A DNA stretch of 64,000 nt, from positions 42,240 through 106,239 of the forward strand of contig NZ_CAJUBO010000006.1 of the NCBI RefSeq assembly GCF_910584445.1, given 5' to 3'. This document shows, piece after piece, positions 38,642-46,481 of the stretch (position 1 is the stretch's first letter; every line of letters starts with the position of its first letter). The stretch comes from an uncultured Desulfovibrio sp. Lineage in GTDB: Bacteria > Desulfobacterota > Desulfovibrionia > Desulfovibrionales > Desulfovibrionaceae. Under the pieces are notes generated by a model. It ran no database searches. It was not told where the DNA came from and was given only the letters and a program-made list of their open reading frames with translations. The position numbers and the translations under genes are program-made.

Positions 38642-39288
38642 GATGCCTCTTCCCCCCGTTCCTCCCGGCCGGCACACAGACGCTCCCCCCAGCATCGCCC
38701 CCATTCCCGCATGTCTTCGGCGACCTCGGGGCGCGCATCCAGATCCTCCCGCCGGTCAAGCCCGCGAAAACCGCGGTTCTCGGCAAGGCGCGCGCCCAGC
38801 GGCGCCAGAAACCAGGTCAGCGTCCGCAAGGCCCCGGAAAACAATTCCTCGCCACGCGGGCGTCCGGCCGCAAGCGCTGCCAGCACCGGCTTGGCCGCCG
38901 CAGTACGGTGCGGAAAAGGTCGACCATCCCCCTCCCCCGCCCGAAGGCGTGCGGCATGGACGGCCCAGAAGCGCTGGCCCCGATCGATCCAGGCCTTGAG
39001 ACCAGCCGGGAGCGCATAAAAAAAAATGGGCGATGCCATCAGGACCAGCGGGGCTTCGGCAAAACGCGCAAACAGCCATTCCGCCTCATCCCGCGGAGCG
39101 AGGACGCACGCATGCGGCGGCCGTGAACAGGTCCCGCAGCCTGTGCAGGGAAGGACAGGGTGCGCGCGCAACGGCACACGGCACACGGGGCAGCCGGTAT
39201 GGGCGAGCGCATCGGCGAAGCAGTGCGCCAGCCGGTCCGAAACCCCGTCCGCATGCGGACTGCACATGAGGACGAGCGCCGGATTCAC
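38638..39288 (-). CDS. Flavodoxin-like fold / NAD(P)H-dependent FMN reductase family protein
   Basis: LVLMCSPHADGVSD...LVLMASPIFFYALPAGLKAWIDR matches the iron-sulfur flavoprotein/FMN reductase pattern. GTG start overlaps the upstream stop (GTGA). Confidence 0.6.
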   Translation of the reverse strand: MNPALVLMCSPHADGVSDRLAHCFADALAHTGCPVCRVPLRAHPVLPCTGCGTCSRPPHACVLAPRDEAEWLFARFAEAPLVLMASPIFFYALPAGLKAWIDRGQRFWAVHAARLRAGEGDGRPFPHRTAAAKPVLAALAAGRPRGEELFSGALRTLTWFLAPLGARLAENRGFRGLDRREDLDARPEVAEDMREWGRCWGERLCAGREERGEEAS

Positions 39289-39911
39289 CCCTCGAACTCG
39301 CCGCAGAAGGGATTGTGATGGCGTTCATCGCCGATGCTGGTGGCCGGCCCGTGGCCCGGATAGACCGTCACATCATCCGGCAGGCGGAACAGGGTCTCCC
39401 GGATGGAGCGCAGCAACTGCTCCTGGTCGCCTCCCGGAAAATCCGTCCTGCCCATGGAGCGGTAAAACAGTGCGTCGCCGGTGAAACAGGCCTTCTCAGC
39501 GGGGAAGTAGAGCGATACGCCCCCCGGCGTATGGCCCGGCGTTTCCAGCACGACACAGTCCATCCCGCCGAACTGCGTCCGCCCCGTGGGCATGGGTTCG
39601 CTGTCAAACGGCGTCACCAGCGGCATGCCCCAGATCCCCCCCATGCCGGACTCGGACCGGGCAAGCGCATCATCCCCGGATGGCGAATAGACCGGACAGC
39701 CGGTTGCCTCCGCAAGCCGCGCCACGCCATACAGATGGTCAAAATGCCGGTGCGTGAGGCAGATGGCGTCCAGCGTGAGATGCTGCGCCATGAGATATTC
39801 CAGCACAGGCGCCGGGTCGCCGCCCACGTCGATGGCAACGGCGGCCGTTCCGGTATGCAGGAGATAGCTGTTGGTACTGAGCGGACCAAGGGGGAACGTG
39901 GCTATGGGCAT
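39285..39911 (-). CDS. MBL-fold metallo-hydrolase (GloB-like)
   Basis: THRHFDH metal motif and ETPGHTPG. ATG 39911 follows AAGGA plus 8 nt. Confidence 0.82.
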   Translation of the reverse strand: MPIATFPLGPLSTNSYLLHTGTAAVAIDVGGDPAPVLEYLMAQHLTLDAICLTHRHFDHLYGVARLAEATGCPVYSPSGDDALARSESGMGGIWGMPLVTPFDSEPMPTGRTQFGGMDCVVLETPGHTPGGVSLYFPAEKACFTGDALFYRSMGRTDFPGGDQEQLLRSIRETLFRLPDDVTVYPGHGPATSIGDERHHNPFCGEFEG

Positions 39912-40155
39912 GAGGGGCATCCTTTGGGGGAAAAATTGCACGGAAACGGGGCACACTCCGGCCATCCCCATGCTATCGCAGCGGCGACCCATGGGCAAGC
40001 CCGCGCGACGGGACGGCAACGCCCTCACGCCGGCGGAAAGCACCTCGCCACAACGCATGCCGAAAAGCTCTTGACGCCCCCGGAGGCTCGGCTACAATGC
40101 CTTGGGCGGCCGGCCGCTTTTACAGGATGGCCGGGGCGATCGCAAAGGAGCGCGC

Positions 40156-40728
40156 GTGAGCGGAACGACCATCACCGAACATCAGCTTCAGCCGTATTTC
40201 GACATTGAAGACTTTATGGCCCTGAGCCAGGAAAAACGCCTGGGAGGAGCTGTTCTGGAGAGGCTCCTCGGGCTGTGGGAAGCATGGCTCCCCCGGCTCA
40301 AGGCATGTCAGATAACTTCAGGACCCTCCTCCTGGCTTGCCGTCTGGCTGCCGGAAGAGGTGGAAGCCGCAGTGGACGAGGCGTGGGCGCAATCGCCCTC
40401 CGAAGGCTTCCTCGTCAATACCCTTGCACAATATCTCTGCATGACCGGCGTGCAGGAACTGCTGCCCCAGGTCGAAACCGGAGGCTGCGCCCCTTCCCCC
40501 AGGCCGACACCGGAACTCCGGGCCGCCCTTGCGGAACAGGGCCTGCCCTACAAGGGCGAAGACTCCAGCCTGCTTGAACGCCGCTATGCCGTGCTGACGT
40601 ATTTTCCCTTCAGGGGCGGCTGCGAGGTCTGCCATATGCGACCGCTCTGCCCCAAGGGACAGGGCCGGGACGAAAATGCCAGCATCGTCCTGCCGGGGCA
40701 TGAGCGCGCTGACGGCAGCGGTAGCTGA
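40156..40728 (+). CDS. Hypothetical Cys-containing protein
   Basis: GTG 40156 follows AAGGAG plus 6 nt. C-terminal GGCEVCHMRPLCPKG (CxxCx5C) plus an upstream GGC. No family recognised. Confidence 0.5.
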   Translation: MSGTTITEHQLQPYFDIEDFMALSQEKRLGGAVLERLLGLWEAWLPRLKACQITSGPSSWLAVWLPEEVEAAVDEAWAQSPSEGFLVNTLAQYLCMTGVQELLPQVETGGCAPSPRPTPELRAALAEQGLPYKGEDSSLLERRYAVLTYFPFRGGCEVCHMRPLCPKGQGRDENASIVLPGHERADGSGS

Positions 40729-40734
40729 CGCCAG

Positions 40735-40863
40735 CGCCGAAGGAGTGTCCAGACCGCGTCCCGAACGCGAAATGCGGGAGCCGTCAGCGGCTCCGCCTGC
40801 GTGCGCCCGTCGCTGGCGAGCCTGCGAGCCTTACGAATGGCGACAGCAAAATGCTCTGGGGGA
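40735..40863 (-). repeat. Modular repeat, copy B (conserved end blocks, GC-rich variable core)
   Basis: Both end blocks match copy A in inverted orientation (18/18 nt and about 37/41 nt). The core is unrelated and contains a GCGAGCC-T-GCGAGCC direct repeat. Confidence 0.7.
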
Positions 40864-40866
40864 TTT

Positions 40867-41145
40867 TCAGCGGCCTTCCATGACCAGGGTACGGCGCGAA
40901 CCGTCCGGCGCCCGCACCACCACCTCAACAGTGCGGGAATTGCGGGCCACACGCTCCACAAGATAGGTCCGCGAGGTATCCGCATCGTACTCGCGCACAT
41001 CCACGGTGTCACCGGGGGCGGGCAGTTTGTCGGGCATCAGTTCGACCAGGTCGGTGGTATCGGCATCAAAGCCGTCCCACGCCGGAACAGCCGTCGGCAA
41101 GAGAAGGCAGCCCAGAAGGAATGCCCCGCGGAACAGAAGATTCAT
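40867..41145 (-). CDS. Small secreted hypothetical protein
   Basis: 92 aa with signal peptide MNLLFRGAFLLGCLLLPTAVPA. Confidence 0.5.
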   Translation of the reverse strand: MNLLFRGAFLLGCLLLPTAVPAWDGFDADTTDLVELMPDKLPAPGDTVDVREYDADTSRTYLVERVARNSRTVEVVVRAPDGSRRTLVMEGR

Positions 41146-41315
41146 GCCGTGAGGTGTAAATCCATTTTGCCGTCTTGGCAATATCCCGGATGCTCCGGAA
41201 CCTCCGCCGCCGGATGCCCGGGGCGCCCCGGATGGCGCGGGCACCGCTCCCGCGCCGGGGTCCGGCTTCGCCCGCGGCATGGGTTCCGTGCCGCCAATGC
41301 TTGTGCAGGAGCAAC

Positions 41316-41927
41316 ATGATCGCGTATCTTGAGGGCCGTCTCGGCGAAGTGTGGGGCAACGCCTGTCTGGTGATCACCGGCGGCGGTGTCGGCTATGAGG
41401 TGGCGCTGCCTGCCCACACCCTGGCCGCCTTGCCTGCGGCGGGCAGCAGCGTGGCCTTCCACACCTGCCTCTGCGTGCGGGAAGATGCCCTGGAACTTTT
41501 CGGCTTTGCCTCGTTCGAGGAGCGCCAGACCTTTGAGACCCTGATCTCCATCTCCAAGGTTGGGGCGCGTACGGCCCTGGGCATTCTTTCCCTCTTCCGT
41601 CCCGCTGACCTGCGCCGCCTTGTCCTGGAGGATGACGCGCTTGCCCTCACGCAGGTGACGGGCATCGGCAAAAAAACGGCGCAGCATGTTTTTCTGGAAC
41701 TCAAGTACAAGCTCAAAACCGACGATGCCCCGCAGGGGAGCACCCTCACCGCGGACGGCAGGCCCGGTTCCGTTTTCCGCGATGCGCTCGCGGGGCTTGC
41801 CAATCTGGGCTATGCCGAAGGGGAATGCGCGTCTCTGCTCAAGAATATCCTTCACGACGAGCCTGATCTGGACGTGACCGGCGCACTCAGGGCCGCGCTC
41901 AAGGCCCTGGCAAAGGGGAAGGCGTGA
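41316..41927 (+). CDS. ruvA: Holliday junction DNA helicase RuvA
   Basis: MIAYLEGRL...GGVGYEV...[27 protein letters not shown]. Confidence 0.92.
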   Translation: MIAYLEGRLGEVWGNACLVITGGGVGYEVALPAHTLAALPAAGSSVAFHTCLCVREDALELFGFASFEERQTFETLISISKVGARTALGILSLFRPADLRRLVLEDDALALTQVTGIGKKTAQHVFLELKYKLKTDDAPQGSTLTADGRPGSVFRDALAGLANLGYAEGECASLLKNILHDEPDLDVTGALRAALKALAKGKA

Positions 41928-42919
41928 TGGTTGCCGCCGACGAAGACAGGGACGCCATGTCCGCATCCAGCGCCGATGACAGCGTGCGGCCGCGCAGCCT
42001 GGATGATTTCATCGGCCAGGACGAACTGCGCGCCAACCTGCGCGTGTTCATCAACGCCGCCCGCGAACGCGGCAAGGCTCTGGATCACACCCTGTTCTAC
42101 GGCAATCCGGGTCTCGGCAAGACGACCCTCGCCCAGATCATGGCCTCGGAACTGGGCGTCAACCTGGTCTGCACCTCTGGGCCGGTGCTGGAACGCAGCG
42201 GCGACCTGGCGGCCATCCTCACCAACCTGTCCCGGCATGACATCCTGTTCGTGGATGAGATCCACCGCATGCCCGTGGCGGTGGAGGAAGTGCTGTACCC
42301 GGCCATGGAAGATTTCAAGCTGGATCTTGTCATCGGCCAGGGTCCGGCGGCGCGGACCGTCAAGATCGACCTTGAGCCGTTCACCCTGGCCGGAGCCACC
42401 ACGCGCATGGGACTCATCTCCTCCCCGTTGCGGGACCGCTTCGGCATCGTGGCGCGGCTCGAATACTACCAACCCGCGGATCTGGCGCGCATCGTGAGCA
42501 GGTCGGCCCGCATACTCGGCGTACGCATCACCCCCGACGGCGCGGAAGAAATCGGGCGGCGCTCACGCGGCACCCCGCGGATCGCCAACCGCCTTTTGCG
42601 CCGCGTGCGGGACTTCGCCCTGGTGCATGGCAATGGCGAGATCACCGCCGCCGAAGCGGGCGAAGCGCTGGCGCGCATGGATGTGGATGAACTTGGTCTG
42701 GACCAGATGGACCGCAAGCTTCTTGAGGTGATCATCACCCATTACGATGGCGGCCCTGTGGGGGTGAAAACGCTGGCCGCCGCCTGCTCGGAGGAAGTCC
42801 GCACCATTGAGGACATCTATGAACCCTATCTCATCCAGTGCGGGTTCCTCAAACGGACGCAACGCGGACGCATGGCAACGGCCCGCGCCTATCGGCATCT
42901 GAAACTCCTGCTCTCCTGA
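41924..42919 (+). CDS. ruvB: Holliday junction DNA helicase RuvB
   Basis: Walker [19 protein letters not shown] and [20 protein letters not shown] overlap with ruvA. Confidence 0.95.
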   Translation: MMVAADEDRDAMSASSADDSVRPRSLDDFIGQDELRANLRVFINAARERGKALDHTLFYGNPGLGKTTLAQIMASELGVNLVCTSGPVLERSGDLAAILTNLSRHDILFVDEIHRMPVAVEEVLYPAMEDFKLDLVIGQGPAARTVKIDLEPFTLAGATTRMGLISSPLRDRFGIVARLEYYQPADLARIVSRSARILGVRITPDGAEEIGRRSRGTPRIANRLLRRVRDFALVHGNGEITAAEAGEALARMDVDELGLDQMDRKLLEVIITHYDGGPVGVKTLAAACSEEVRTIEDIYEPYLIQCGFLKRTQRGRMATARAYRHLKLLLS

Positions 42920-43000
42920 CCGTTCTCCCCTTTGCCCGCGCAACGCTGTTGAGCCGCGCGCATCCGGGCGTCAGCTCGCGGCAATGCCGGCGCAGAAGCA

Positions 43001-43028
43001 AAAAGGGCCGGAGATTCCGGCCCTTTTC
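43001..43028. terminator. Bidirectional intrinsic terminator between ruvB and the glycine-zipper gene
   Basis: AAAA-GGGCCGGA-gat-TCCGGCCC-TTTT. Confidence 0.7.
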
Positions 43029-43063
43029 TGTACCGGGCGCACAGCCCGAAGGTTTTCTGACGG

Positions 43064-43300
43064 CTACCAGCGCTTGTCCTGCTCGTGGCCGATGATACCG
43101 CCGGCCAGCGCGCCGGCACCGGCGCCGGCCAGCGCGCCCCAGCCGGCCATGCCGCCGGAAATGGCGGCAATGCCCGCACCGCCGAGAGCGCCCAAGGCGG
43201 CACCGCTGGCAACACCCTGCTGCGTGCGGCTCATGTTGGTGCAGCCGATGCCGGAGGCGAACATGACGGCCATGATGCCGATAATCAGTGTTTTTTTCAT
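43064..43300 (-). CDS. Glycine-zipper lipoprotein (SlyB/Pcp-like)
   Basis: Lipobox ASGIGC followed by a GxxxG-rich segment GAALGALGGAGIAAISGGMAGWGALAGAGAGALAGGIIG. Confidence 0.75.
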   Translation of the reverse strand: MKKTLIIGIMAVMFASGIGCTNMSRTQQGVASGAALGALGGAGIAAISGGMAGWGALAGAGAGALAGGIIGHEQDKRW

Positions 43301-43348
43301 ATCAGACTCCTGAAGGCTGGCCGAAACCAGCCGCATGGACGGGGTTTG

Positions 43349-43813
43349 TTACTTTTTGGCCCCGGCGAGGCGGGGTTCGATAAGCTCATACCAGATGACG
43401 CTCATGACCGGACGCTGCAAATCCTTGGGATGGGCCGCGTACCACGCGTCCACCATCTTGATGATCTCGGCGCGCGACACGCCGGAAAAGGCTTCCATCC
43501 AGGCCTTTTCAAAGGGCGAAAGCGTATAGACGGGTTTCTTGCCGGCCTTGGCCGCCTTGGCCGTCTGCCGGGCATTGACGAAATACTCCACCGTCACGGC
43601 CGAATCGATGCCGAAAAGGTAGGCGGCCTTGTCGGATTCCGCGGTATTGACCCAAATTTCGCCGGTGAACTGGTCAACGGGGTTCCCGGCGGGGTTCACC
43701 GCAGGATTGCCGACGGGGTTGTCGGAAGACGAGGCGGCGGGCGCGGCCTGGGCGGCGGCGCACGTCAGGGCGAGGACCAGTGCCAGACCAAGGCGCAAAA
43801 GCGATTTTTTCAC
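43349..43813 (-). CDS. Secreted hypothetical protein with an NPxG-type short repeat
   Basis: GTG 43813 follows AAGGAG plus 6 nt (alternative ATG 43840). Signal peptide, then DNPVGNPAVNPAGNPV. Confidence 0.55.
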   Translation of the reverse strand: MKKSLLRLGLALVLALTCAAAQAAPAASSSDNPVGNPAVNPAGNPVDQFTGEIWVNTAESDKAAYLFGIDSAVTVEYFVNARQTAKAAKAGKKPVYTLSPFEKAWMEAFSGVSRAEIIKMVDAWYAAHPKDLQRPVMSVIWYELIEPRLAGAKK

Positions 43814-44113
43814 ACGAAGCTCCTTTGCGTTGACGATCATCGGCGGCCGCGCAGTGCGCTGCCGGCCGCGGGAACTTCCGCTCCTGAGAATGTATAGCCT
43901 GAACCTCCCCGAACTATCAAGACGTTTCCGCGCCCGCAGGTTCGCCATGGGCGGTCGGGGCCTCGTGCGTTGACAGCGCTGACGGCCGCGTGCGACCATT
44001 TTTCGCCTTGGCGGGAGCCGCGCGCGGCGCGATAGCCGGGCATCCGTTCGCAAAAGCCGGCTCCCGGCAGGCCACGGGTGGGCGCTGTCCCGCCAGAAAC
44101 GGAAGGAAAACCC

Positions 44114-44464
44114 ATGAGCATCTGGAAAACTCTCAGGAAAAAAGGCGCGGCCTTCACCGTGGAGACCCTGCTGCAAGCGCCTGTGGAAAATGCCCTCGGG
44201 CGCTACGGAAAGGTGAAAGGCATCGCCCTGGAAAACGGCGAACTCAGGTTGACCCTGGCGCCCAACGGCCTTGACCGGGAGGTGGAGATCCGCTGCGCGG
44301 ACATCGACATCGCCGCTGATGGAAGTTCCGTCCGCATCGGCAGCTTCCGCTCCGATCTGGCGTGCGTGGAGCAGGCGCTCAACGACTTCGCCACAGCCCC
44401 ATTTCCCATCAGCCACAGCGGTGCGCGCGCCGCGCTGGTCCTGCTCAGGAAGCTGATGTTCTGA
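44114..44464 (+). CDS. Hypothetical protein
   Basis: 116-aa ORF with a GGAAGGAAAA RBS. No motif recognised. Confidence 0.45.
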   Translation: MSIWKTLRKKGAAFTVETLLQAPVENALGRYGKVKGIALENGELRLTLAPNGLDREVEIRCADIDIAADGSSVRIGSFRSDLACVEQALNDFATAPFPISHSGARAALVLLRKLMF

Positions 44465-44500
44465 TCCTGCCCGCAGGCGGCCGCGCAGGGATCACCACCA

Positions 44501-44539
44501 TACAAAACAAGGGGCCTGGCGGCGATACCGTCAGGCCCC
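44501..44539 (-). terminator. Rho-independent terminator after the zinc-ribbon/DUF3426-like gene
   Basis: Minus strand: GGGGCCTG, 13-nt loop, CAGGCCCC, followed by TTGTTTTGT. Confidence 0.55.
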
Positions 44540-44559
44540 TGTGCATCGCGGAAACCGCC

Positions 44560-45279
44560 CTACCCGGCTCCGGCGTTTTTGACATCCACGATCTTGACGC
44601 CAAACTCCGCCACATCATCCGGCGGATCGTAGAACAGGATCATGAACGGCACTTCCGCGCCGGGAAGGACATTGGTGTTGTTGGTGAGGATCTCCACCTT
44701 GTTGTTCAGGAAAGATTCCATCTCCTTTTCACTGAGCACCTGGAGCTGGAACAGGGAAAGCTGGGTCCCCGCAAGCTGCTTTTTGACGGCGAGCGGTTTC
44801 TTGTCCTTGTCATAGATGGCCCCTTCCAGGGAGATGAGTTCCTTGGGGTCGGGAAATTCATTGACCACGCGCCCCTCGATGACAAAGACCTTGCCCACCT
44901 TTTCATTGAGCACATTGTACTGGCGCACGTTGCGCATGGTGAGCAGCTCGACCTTTTTGGCGATATCCGCCTCACTGGGCGGCGTCTCCCTGGCGAAGAA
45001 AGAAAAATAGCCCCCCGCGCCTGCGCCGGCCAGCACCAGGACAAGCAGCAACGCCAGCCAGAGCCTGCGGCGGCCGCGCTTATGACCAAGCTCCGGCAGC
45101 GGCTCTTTGCCGGTCTCCCTGCGCGCCGTCCTGGCAGCGGCGGGCGATGCGCCTGCGCCGCCCGTTGCGGGAAGGGCAAAAACCGTCTTGCAGACGGCGC
45201 AACGCAACTTCGCGCCCGGCCTGGCGGCGGCGTCGGGCAGGTTGAAGCGGCTCGCGCACTGCGGACATTTCACTTCCAT
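44560..45279 (-). CDS. MJ0042-type zinc-ribbon protein with TM helix and DUF3426-like C-terminal domain
   Basis: MEVKCPQCASRF...LRCAVCKTVF, one TM helix (LWLALLLVLVLAGAGAGGYF), then a beta-rich domain. Confidence 0.7.
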   Translation of the reverse strand: MEVKCPQCASRFNLPDAAARPGAKLRCAVCKTVFALPATGGAGASPAAARTARRETGKEPLPELGHKRGRRRLWLALLLVLVLAGAGAGGYFSFFARETPPSEADIAKKVELLTMRNVRQYNVLNEKVGKVFVIEGRVVNEFPDPKELISLEGAIYDKDKKPLAVKKQLAGTQLSLFQLQVLSEKEMESFLNNKVEILTNNTNVLPGAEVPFMILFYDPPDDVAEFGVKIVDVKNAGAG

Positions 45280-45320
45280 GCCATGACTCCAGAAAACACG
45301 TTGCGGGAACCGATCTTCCC

Positions 45321-45863
45321 CTACTCCGGCACGATCTCGCAGATACCCGGCAGGCCCCGATACCGTTCGGCATAATCAAGGCCATACCCGACAAGGAACC
45401 CCGATTCCACGGAAAAGCCGGCAAAATCCACGACGACCTCGGCATCCCTGCGGCCTGTCTTGTCCACAAGCGCGGCCAGGCGCAGACTGCGTGGACCCCG
45501 CGCCGCAAAGGCATCCAGCACAAAACGCATGCTGCGCCCGCTGTCCACGATATCTTCCACAAGCAGGACATGCTTGTCGCGGATGTCGGTCTCCACATCC
45601 TTGCCGAGCACCACCCGGCCGGAGCTTGTTGTGCCCATGCCGTAGCTGGCAAGGCGGATGAAATCCAGCTCCAGATTTTTATTATGCAAAGATCGCACCA
45701 AATCGCTAAAAAAAATGCAGGCCCCTTTGAGGACGCAGACGGCGACCAGAGGCTCATCCCCATACCGCGCGTCGATTTCCCCGGCCATGGCCCGAACGCG
45801 CCCGGCGATCTGCTCCGGGCTGAAAACACTGACCAGCTCCCTGATGCGCAGCTCTTCCGTCAT
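45321..45863 (-). CDS. hpt: Hypoxanthine phosphoribosyltransferase
   Basis: VLLVEDIVDSGRSM PRPP motif and GYGLDYAERYRGLP. Confidence 0.92.
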   Translation of the reverse strand: MTEELRIRELVSVFSPEQIAGRVRAMAGEIDARYGDEPLVAVCVLKGACIFFSDLVRSLHNKNLELDFIRLASYGMGTTSSGRVVLGKDVETDIRDKHVLLVEDIVDSGRSMRFVLDAFAARGPRSLRLAALVDKTGRRDAEVVVDFAGFSVESGFLVGYGLDYAERYRGLPGICEIVPE

Positions 45864-46000
45864 GCTGCCGTTCTCCCTCTGGCCGCACGGCGCCCCAGGC
45901 TGGGAGCAGACCCGCTTCACGGTGTTTGCGCCCCTGGCAACGGCCGATCCGAAATTTCAGGTCCAGGCTGATGCGGACGCTCCCCGCCGCACATGACGGT

Positions 46001-46471
46001 CTATTTCCGTCCGAGCAGGTCGTCAACCACCTGCCGGATGACATTGGCATCCGCCATGCCGGGTTCGGAAATCACAAGGCGCCCATCCCTGGCGAAAAAG
46101 GCATTGTGCGGCACGCTGGTCACGCCATAGGCATCGGTCACGTCGCGCCCGGCAAGATAGACGGGATAATCGACGCCCGCCTTCCTGATGAAGGGCACGA
46201 CCGGCGCGCTGTCGTCATCCACGGCAAGCCCCACCAGCAGCATCTGCGAAGCCGGATAGGCATCGCGCACCCTGACGAGTTCGGGGATCTCCATCCGGCA
46301 GGGGGGGCACCAGGTGGCAAAGAAGTTCAGCAATACCACCTTACCCTTGTTTTTCTGGAGCAGGGCCGTAAGCCCGGCCTTGTCCAGGGATGGCAGGGGA
46401 GCCTCCCCGGCCGCGCGGGCGGCGCAGGGAAGCAGGAGACAGAACAGCAATGCGAGAGCTATCCGTTTCAT
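46001..46471 (-). CDS. TlpA-family periplasmic thiol:disulfide oxidoreductase
   Basis: Signal peptide and a thioredoxin fold with the WCPPC active site. Confidence 0.85.
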   Translation of the reverse strand: MKRIALALLFCLLLPCAARAAGEAPLPSLDKAGLTALLQKNKGKVVLLNFFATWCPPCRMEIPELVRVRDAYPASQMLLVGLAVDDDSAPVVPFIRKAGVDYPVYLAGRDVTDAYGVTSVPHNAFFARDGRLVISEPGMADANVIRQVVDDLLGRK

Positions 46472-46481
46472 GGCAGTGTCC

